DNA from: the human T2T-CHM13v2.0 reference genome, Homo sapiens | Assembly (NCBI RefSeq): GCF_009914755.1 | Contig: NC_060937.1 | DNA: 64,000 nt | Strand: one strand, 5' to 3' | In this document: positions 54,668-64,000 of the stretch, one piece after another | Numbering within the stretch: the stretch's first letter is position 1 | Layout: each line of letters starts with the position of its first letter | Notes under the pieces: generated by a model | The model's database searches: none | What the model saw: only the letters and a program-made list of their open reading frames with translations | Told to the model about the DNA's origin: nothing | Translations under genes and position numbers: made by a program

Positions 54668-54962
54668 GCCGGGCGCGGTGGCTCACGCCCGTAATCGCAG
54701 CACTTTGGGAGGCTGAGGCGGGCAGATCATGAGGTCAGGAGATCGAGACTATCCTGACTAACATGGTGAAACTCCTTCTCTACTAAAAATACAAAAAATT
54801 AGCCAGGCGTGGTGGCGGGCACCTGTAGCCCCAGCTACTCAGGAGGCTGAGGCAGGAGTATGGCGTGAACCCAGGAGGCAGAGCTTGCAGTGAGCAGAGA
54901 TCGCACCACTGCACTCGAGCCTGGGCGACAGAGCGAGACTCCGTCTCAAAAAAAAAAAAAAA
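54668..54962 (+). mobile_element. AluY-type SINE
   Basis: TSD aagaaaatatgtt. Confidence 0.93.
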
Positions 54963-55299
54963 GAAAATATGTTATGCACATTTCTTTCCAGTTATAGCCA
55001 GTGACAGCTCTTCTACTGGATCAGCTATCGATTGCCACAACAAAGCTGCATAACAAACAACCACTCAAGCTCAGTGCTCTCTTGGCAGCCACAGAGGAGC
55101 TAGAGAGGAAGTGGAAATATGCAAGGGCCTTGTTGAGGCTCTGTTTTTGTCATGTCTGTTAGTATCCCTTTACCAAAGCAATGCACATGGGCAAGGCCAG
55201 TGTGAGAATGGGAAGGCACTGCAAAGTCACGTGACTGAGGGCAACAGGCAGAAAGGAATGATCAGAGGCTTAACGTGTTACTATATTTCAGTTATTGAA

Positions 55300-56550
55300 T
55301 ACTCATTTGATTATTGTTTTTAGATTCAATCTCTTAATGATGTTTTCCACCTTGGCATCTATCTTCCTGAATATACTAATCACTATTATGTCAGTCTGCC
55401 TCTGTTAACTTCAATTTCTGGATCAACTCTGCATCTGTTTCTATTATCTGTTTTTTCTTGGTCTTATACCTTAGAATGCCTAATAGTTTTCTGGTTCTTT
55501 CTTTAATTTAATAACTGATGTTGTGGATGAAAAAATATCAATTCATTAGAGAGCATTATCTTCTTTTAGAATGAATTTTTGAGGCATCTGGCAGGGCAGT
55601 TATGTTAAGGGAAATTTCCATCATCTTAACACAATGAGGCATGGGGCTGGTTTGAGATTGGATTTCAGTCTTTCTAAGTCCTAATATAATTCTTATTTCC
55701 CCTGACTCCTATGGTGTTGTCCTTCTGGCAGCACAACTAAAGTTGAGGGTAATTACCAGTGAACTTCAGAATCCAAAATTCCAATGTTCACCTTTTCAGC
55801 ACTCATGAGACAGCTAATAGTTCAGCTGAAATTTTCTGACTTTTTTCACTTGGCATCATTCCCTAGAATGATGTTCCATAGAAATTGTTGTGTACATCAT
55901 TGTTCATTTCTTTGTATTACTGAGTAGTATTCCATGTTATGGGTGCATCATAGTTTGTGTAACCATTCACCTATTGAAGGACATTTTGACTGTTTCCAAT
56001 ATTTGGCTATTTCACATAAAGTTACTATGAATGCTTGTGTACAATTTTTAGTGTGGACATAAGTTGTTATTTCTCTTGGATGAATACCCAGGAATGCAAC
56101 TGCTGAGTTGTGTAGTAAGTGCATATTTAGTTTTATCAGAAACTGCTGAATGATTTTCCAGAGTGGCTGTGTCATTTTTAACTTCCACCAGCAACATCTG
56201 AGTAATCCAGTTTTTCTGCATCCTCACCAGTACCTGGTGTCATCAACATTTTTTATTTTAGTCATGCTGATAGGTATATAGTGACATCTCATTGTGATTT
56301 TACTTTTGTATTTCTCTAATGGCTGTTAGATAACTTTTTGTGTGCTATTAATCATCTATATATCTTCATCAGCGAAATATCTGTGCATTTCTTTTGCCCA
56401 TTTCCCAATTGGATTCTTTATGTTTTACTGCTTATTTTGAGGCTTCTTTATATATTCTAAATACTAGTCTTTTGCCAGATACGTGAGTTGAAAATATTAT
56501 ATTACTGTCTGTAGCTTGTCTTTTCATTCTCTTTACAGGGTTTTAATTTG
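55300..56550 (-). mobile_element. Old L1M fragments
   Basis: ORF 55948..56175 translates the L1 ORF2 C-terminus (LWK..QFL.KL..HL..NSA...LGIHP). Confidence 0.75.
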
Positions 56551-56800
56551 ATAATGATCAAGGATTTTGACTCCTAGGTAATTCCTCAAGAAGCTACATA
56601 TCTAATAGAATCTAATTCTACATTTGCTAGGGGACACATGAAAGAGTGTTCCAAGCAGAACCGTTCACAGTACAAAAACCCTAGAGATAATATGTCCACT
56701 GACACAAGTAAATGAGTAAGTGCTAAGATATTCACAGAAAGGAATCGTATAAAGGAATCAAAGGGAATAACCAACCATGTGGTTGAATTTTAGAAATAAA

Positions 56801-57775
56801 CTATTATATTTCTAAATATAATATAATATATATTATATTTCTAAATATAATATAATATATATTATATTTCTAAATATAATATAATATATATTATATTTCT
56901 AAATATAATATAATATATATTATATTTCTAAATATAATATAATATATATTATATTTCTAAATATAATATAATATATATTATATTTCTAAATATAATATAA
57001 TATATATTATATTTCTAAATATAATATAATATATATTATATTTCTAAATATAATATAATATATATTATATTTCTAAATATAATATAATATATATTATATT
57101 TCTAAATATAATATAATATATATTATATTTCTAAATATAATATAATATATATTATATTTCTTAATATAATATATATTATATTTCTAAATATATAATATAT
57201 ATTATATTTCTAAATATAATATAATATATATTATATTTCTAAATATATAATATATATTATATTTCTAAATATAATATAATATATATTATATTTCTAAATA
57301 TAATATAATATATATTATATTTCTAAATATAATATAATATATATTATATTTCTAAATATAATATAATATATATTATATTTCTAAATATAATATAATATAT
57401 ATTATATTTCTAAATATAATATAATATATATTATATTTCTAAATATAATATAATATATATTATATTTCTAAATATAATATAATATATATTATATTTCTAA
57501 ATATAATATAATATATATTATATTTCTAAATATAATATAATATATATTATATTTCTAAATATAATATATATTATATTTCTAAATATAATATAATATACAT
57601 TATATTTCTAAATATAATATAATATATATTATATTTCTAAATATAATATAATATATATTATATTTCTAAATATAATATAATATATATTATATTTCTAAAT
57701 ATAATATAATATATATTATATTTCTAAATATAATATAATATATATTATATTTCTAAATAGTATATTTAGAAATAT
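56801..57775. repeat. AT-rich minisatellite, 29-bp unit ATTATATTTCTAAATATAATATAATATAT, ~33 copies
   Basis: Near-perfect tandem array with a few shortened units; inverted partial units at both ends. Confidence 0.97.
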
Positions 57776-58179
57776 ACTATTGAGTGGGGAAAAAAGATTG
57801 CTTAGTATATGTTTTCTATAAAGTTAGAAATAAAATATATTGGCAAAATTATAGAAGCAACAAAAATACATAAATAAAAATGGGTTAATTAACAAAGTGG
57901 TGGGATGACTGTTACTTTTGGTGGGAAGAAGAGAAGGTTTTGAAATGTAGGGGGACTATAAAGCTAAATGTAAATTATGGCCAGGTTAAAGCAATGAGTA
58001 GTAGACTCACAGGTGCTTCTTACCTTAACAAGTAAGCAGTCTGTTGAAAAAAACAAAAAAATTAAGTAAACCAGCACACTAAATTCAGTGTGTTGTGAAC
58101 ATGAGTCACATTCAAAAATTTTTAAGGGGAAGAAATAGCAAATACATGATTTCAGTTTTATGTGGCATTAGTTTATTAT

Positions 58180-58222
58180 GAGATGGATGAATGGATGGAT
58201 GGATGGATGGATGGATGGACGG
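58180..58222 (+). repeat. (GGAT)n microsatellite
   Basis: Direct reading. Confidence 0.9.
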
Positions 58223-58490
58223 AGGACAAAATGGAAAGATTTTAGTGTATCAGTTACTATTTATTGCCTACCTGACATTCAAAGCTGCTTCTTTCTTTCT
58301 GACATGATATTGATTTTTTTTTTAGGTATCCACCCTCCTTTATTTAACTCATGCTTGCTTCACAGATTCTAAAAGGCAGGTTTGGATTCCTTTTATGTGT
58401 TCATAAGGGCCCCACTCCCTTTGCAGCTAATTGATATAGACAAGCAATTAAGTGGTTCTTGCTAAACAGATTTGAATGTTACTCTACTAA

Positions 58491-58831
<341 letters not shown>

Positions 58832-59343
58832 CCCAGTATCTTCATTCTTAAGAAGGTACATTATTTTATTTTTTGCCTATCAATGCTTCCTAGCCTGGAG
58901 GATATGAAAATATATCTAAATCAACTGCAAGGACCATGCCACCTTTAGAGAGTGATCTAGAAGATCAAGCCCACACATTGAGTTTGGCAGAGAAGAAAGA
59001 GGGCCTTAGCCTTACTGAACTGCTGGACTTAAAAAACCTTGGACCTAACCTGCCTTTGCACTTATTTTGACATTTACTTTCCTATTAATCCAGTTGATTT
59101 TTTTTAACTTACAATGTAGATATATAGATGATACATAAATCACTTTAAATGACAGGTTAGAAAACATTTACTTCAAGTAGCCATATTATATGGTGAATAC
59201 TGTCAAAAGATTCAAAATCATTATGTGATGGGCCTGGCCAAGACAATGGTATGCATCAGGGATCTGGAAGAACCAGCACATTCAAATTGGGCAGGCTGAG
59301 ACCAGCTTACAAAGGTCTGGGTAGGATGCAGGGAATTCCCAAG

Positions 59344-61604
59344 TGATATGGTTCGGCTGTGTCCTCACCCAAATCTTATCTTGCATTGTAGCTCTCATAA
59401 TCCCTGTGTGTCATGGGAGGGACCCAGTGGGAGGTATCTGAATCATGGGGGCAGGTTTTTCCCATGTCGTTCTCATGATAGTGAATGTCTCACTAGATTG
59501 GATGGTTTTATAAAGGGCAGTTCCCCTACACATGGTCTCTTGCCTGCCGCCGTGTAAGACATACCTTTGTTCCTCCTTCACCTTCCTCCATGATTATGAG
59601 GCTTCCCCCGCCATGTGGAACTGTGATTCCATTAAACCTCTTTTTCTTTATAAATTACCCAGTCTCGAGGTATGTCTTAATGCAGTGTGAGAATGAACTA
59701 ATATAGTAAACTGGTACCAGTAGAGTGTGGTGCCGCTGTAAAGATACCCAAAATGTGGAAGTGAATTTGGAACTAGGTAACAGGCAGAGGGTGGAATAGT
59801 TTGGAGGGCTCAGAAGAAGAAAGGAAAATGTGGGAAAGTTTGGAACTTCCTAGAGACTGTTGAATGGCTTTGACCAAAATGTTGATAGTGATATGCACAA
59901 TAAAGTCCAGGCTGAGGTGGTCTCAGATGGAGATGAGGAACTTGTTGGGAACTGGAGTAAAGGTCACTCTTGCTATGCAAAGAGACTGGTGACATTTTGC
60001 CCCTGCCCTAGAGATCTGTGGAACTTTGAACTTGAGAGAGATGATTTAAAGTATCTGGTAGAAGAAATTTCAAAGTGGCAAAGTGTTCAAGATGAAGCAG
60101 AGCTTAAAAGTTTGAAAAATTTGCAGCCTGACAATGCAGCACAAAAGCAAAACCCATTTTCTGAGGATAAATTCAAGCCAGCTGCAGAAATTTGCATAAG
60201 TAACAAGGAGCCAAATGCTAATCACCAAGACAATGGGGAAAATATTTCCAGGGCAAGTCAGAGACCTTTGCAACAGCCCCTACCATCACAGGCCCAGAGG
60301 CCTGGGAGGGAAAATGGTTTCCTGGGCTGGGTCCAGGGCCCGCCTGCTGTGTGCAGCCTTTAGACTTGGTGCCCTGCATCCCAGCTGCTCCAGCCATGGC
60401 TAAAAGGGCCAAGGTACAGCCCAGGCCGTGGATTCAGAGGGTGCAAGCCCTAAGCTTTGGCAGCTTCCACATGGTGTGTTGAGCCTGTAGGTGCATAGCA
60501 GTCAAGAATTGAAGTTTGGAAACCTCTGCCTAGATTTCAGAGGATGTATGGAAATGCCTGGATGTCCAGACAGAGGTGTGCTGCAGGGGCAGAGCCTTCA
60601 TGGAGAACCTCTGCTAGGGCAGTGTGGAAGGGAAATGTGGGGTGGAAGCCCCTATACAGAGTCTCCATTGGGCACTGCCTAGTGGAGCTGTGAGAAGAGG
60701 GCCACTGTCCTCCAGACCCCAGAATGGTCGATCCACTGACAGTTTGCACCATGAACCTGGAAAAGCCACAGCCACTCAATGCCAGCCCGCGAAAGCAGCT
60801 GGGAGGGGAGCTGTGCCCTGCAAAGTCACAAGGATGGAGCTACCCAAGACCATGGGAACCCACCTCTTGCATCAATGTGACCTGGATGTGAGACATGGAG
60901 TCAAAAGAGATCATTTTGGAGCTTTAAGATTTGACTGCCCTGCTGGATTTTAGACTTGCATGGGGCCTGGAGCCCCTTTGTTTTGGCCAATTTCTCTTAT
61001 TTGGAATGGGAATATTTATTCAATGCCTGTACCCCCATTGTATATAGAAAATAACTAACTTGCTTTTGATTTTACAGACTCATAGGCGAAAGGGACTTGC
61101 CTTGTCTCAGATGAGACTTTGGACTTGGACTTTTGGGTTAATGTTGAAATGAGTTAAGACATTGGAGGACTGTTGGGAAGGCATGATTGTATTTTGAAAT
61201 GTGAGGACATGACATTTGGGAGGGGCCCAGGGAAGAATGATATGGTTTGGCTATGCCCTTCCCCCAAAATCTCATCTTGAATTGCAGCTCCCATAATCCC
61301 CATGTGTCATGGGAGGGATTCAGTGGGAAGTAATTGAATCATGCGGGCGGGTTTTTCCCATGCTGTTCTCATGATAGTGAATAAGTCTCATGAGATCTGA
61401 TGGTTTTATAAAGGGCAATTCCCCTGCACATGCTCTCTGTCTTGCCACCATGTAAGATGTGCCTTTGATCCTCCTTCACCTTCCTCCATGATTGTGAGGT
61501 CTCCCCAGCCATATGTAACAGTGAGTCCATTAAACCTCTTTTTCTTTATACATTACCCAGTCTCAGATATATCTTTATTAGCAGCCTAAGAATGGACTAA
61601 TACA
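59344..61604 (+). mobile_element. Complete THE1 (THE1C-like) MaLR element: LTR 59344-59705, internal region, LTR 61238-61604
   Basis: Two similar TGATATGG..ctaata(c/t)A LTRs; internal ORF remnant 59860..60363; 5-bp TSD CCAAG. Confidence 0.95.
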
Positions 61605-61724
61605 CCAAGAGAGAGTATAATGCCCCAGGGCCAGGGCCACTGTGACCTGTGGTAACAATGGATGGGCACAGTTACTGGGACCTGGAGCACAGAACATGTG
61701 TCAAGATGCCAGTTGTCAGGAGCT

Positions 61725-62254
61725 GTGTGGCAGTTATCTATTCCACAATAAAACTGGGGATATCAATATCCACAAGATATCAATAAAATTGATTATCTCA
61801 CAGTTTCTGTGGTTCAGGAATCTGAGAAGGGCTTACCTGGAGGCCTCTGGCTCAGTCTCTCAAAAGCTGCCATCAAGTCACAGGCCAGGGTCATCTCAAG
61901 GCTCACCTGGGGAAGGATCCTCTTCTAAGCTCACACATGTGGTTGCTGGTATTTGGAAATGGAGTCCTTGGAGGTTATAGGTTTAGGCGAGGTCATGAGG
62001 GTGGGACCCTCATGAATGGGGTTAGTGTCCTTATAAAAAGGAATACCAGCAAATTCTCTCTCTTTTTCCCATGTGAGGACACAGCAAGAAAGCAGACATC
62101 TGCAAATCAGGGAGACAGCCCTCAGCAGACACAAGACCTGTTGACGCCTTAATCTTGGACTTCCCAGCCTTCAGAACTGTGGAAAATAAATGTTTGTGGT
62201 TTAAGCCACCCAGTCTATGATGTTTTGTTATAGCAGCCTGAATTGACTAAGACA
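61725..62254. mobile_element. MLT1-type MaLR LTR fragments
   Basis: tctcacagtttctgtggttcaggaatctg; ttggacttcccagccttcagaactgtgg..aataaa..gactaagaca. Confidence 0.75.
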
Positions 62255-63122
62255 GATACCTTGAAAACCACCATCCCCTGCTGAGCAATATTGTTCTGCT
62301 CCTTAGGCTGATTTCAGTTTTCTTTCACTTAGCATTTCATAACTTTAATTTGCTTGTTAAAAAATTTATCTGGATCTTTTATTCCCTTTATCCTAAACTT
62401 CAAACCACCCACTTTCTTTTGCAAGTTTTCTGTTTGACACCATTCACTTCCTTTTCTTTCTCCTTCATTCATTTCTCCCTTTCTCCCTCTTTCCCTCCCT
62501 CCCTCCATTCCTTTTGTCCTTTCTTCCTTCCTTTCTTCTTTCTTCCTTTATTTTTTTCATCTGACTCTTTCCCTGGCAATTGTCCTTGGCTCCTTCGTTT
62601 ACAGTAGTCACTCTTGATGGTGAGCATTTTGAATCTCCAAATGACTATGAAATCTTTTTATTTCTCATTAGCGCATGCAGGTAGTACATGTGTTTCAGTA
62701 AAATTGAGGAAGCCTGGCAGACACTCTGTGGTCTCTGCTGCATTTTCTCTGGAATAGCTACAGCTCTGTGTAGCAATATGGTTAAGGCACCATATTGTGT
62801 GAAGGCCCACCTAGCCTGGGCATCACTGTATCTCTGTCTTCCTAACAAAATGAAGTGGAAATTTCAAAAAAATCAGGAGATGGAACAAAAGTTTTCTCAT
62901 GTTTTTTACTGCTTATTAAATGAACAACGAACAATAATCCAATGTTAAATGTAAAGTTTTCAGCCCTCTGCCTGAATAGGCTCACCTAGTTATTTGAACA
63001 TGCCTCACTCCAAATCTTGTCCTCAGCAACTGTGGATAAATCATGACAGAGAAGTTCCCCTAACCTACAGCAGAGGCTCCTCAAGCTATGCCACCCTACT
63101 GATATAGAAGTGGAGAAAGAGT

Positions 63123-63637
<515 letters not shown>

Positions 63638-63809
63638 CTATTTATAGAGGCATACACACCTTAAAAAAAAGTGGTCCTCAAGTAGGAGATTTGCATTTGT
63701 TGGTCATTTTATTTCTGGGCAGATGTTCAGTCTTTCTAACTTGAAAAGTGTCTAGCAACTTTGGCTGACCTTATTAAGATTAATGGTCATAATGTATTTA
63801 AATCCCCTG

Positions 63810-64000
63810 TTGTTCTAAGAAGGATTAAACAAAAGTTATGGGAGGCCCTTGTTTTAGACTGAGCTATTACAAATTGGGCCACAAGAGACCAGACTAAACC
63901 AAAATGGAGTCACTCATGCTAAATACCATATAATTAAACTGGAACTCTAAGGAAACAGGTAGATCCCACATCAGACTTGTTTTTCCTGAAATCAGGGGAT
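63810..64000 (+). mobile_element. ERV1 (MER4-group) LTR 5' part, cut by the window end
   Basis: gggaggcc..tgtttt.gactgagct..accaaaatggagtcactcatgctaa motif. Confidence 0.6.

Noticed and set aside
56801-57775. Regular repeat array as CRISPR-like
   Set aside because: No spacers; a head-to-tail eukaryotic minisatellite.

Overview
Repeat-rich hominoid genomic DNA (Alu, L1, MaLR, a HERV-K LTR5 solo LTR, a full-length SVA). It carries two processed pseudogenes, of IPMK (minus) and RFESD (plus); from recall this pair matches IPMKP1/RFESDP1 at human 13q12.1 between FGF9 and SGCG, which I could not verify here. There is no intact protein-coding gene, and most listed ORFs are Alu/L1/SVA artefacts. The main observation is that the apparently unique DNA from ~40.0 kb to ~0.4 kb reads as a heavily decayed multi-exon gene on the minus strand. 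It has about 15 candidate exons with largely canonical, often phase-compatible splice sites, including two very large exons. Their reading frames rejoin when the inserted LTR5, L1s, Alus, MER2 and the whole IPMK retrocopy are removed with one TSD copy. I cannot name the protein; it is a candidate ancient unitary pseudogene. A weaker plus-strand exon set with EF-hand-like loops lies at 41.4-42.9 kb. Translations and coordinates were made by hand; repeat boundaries and subfamily calls are approximate.
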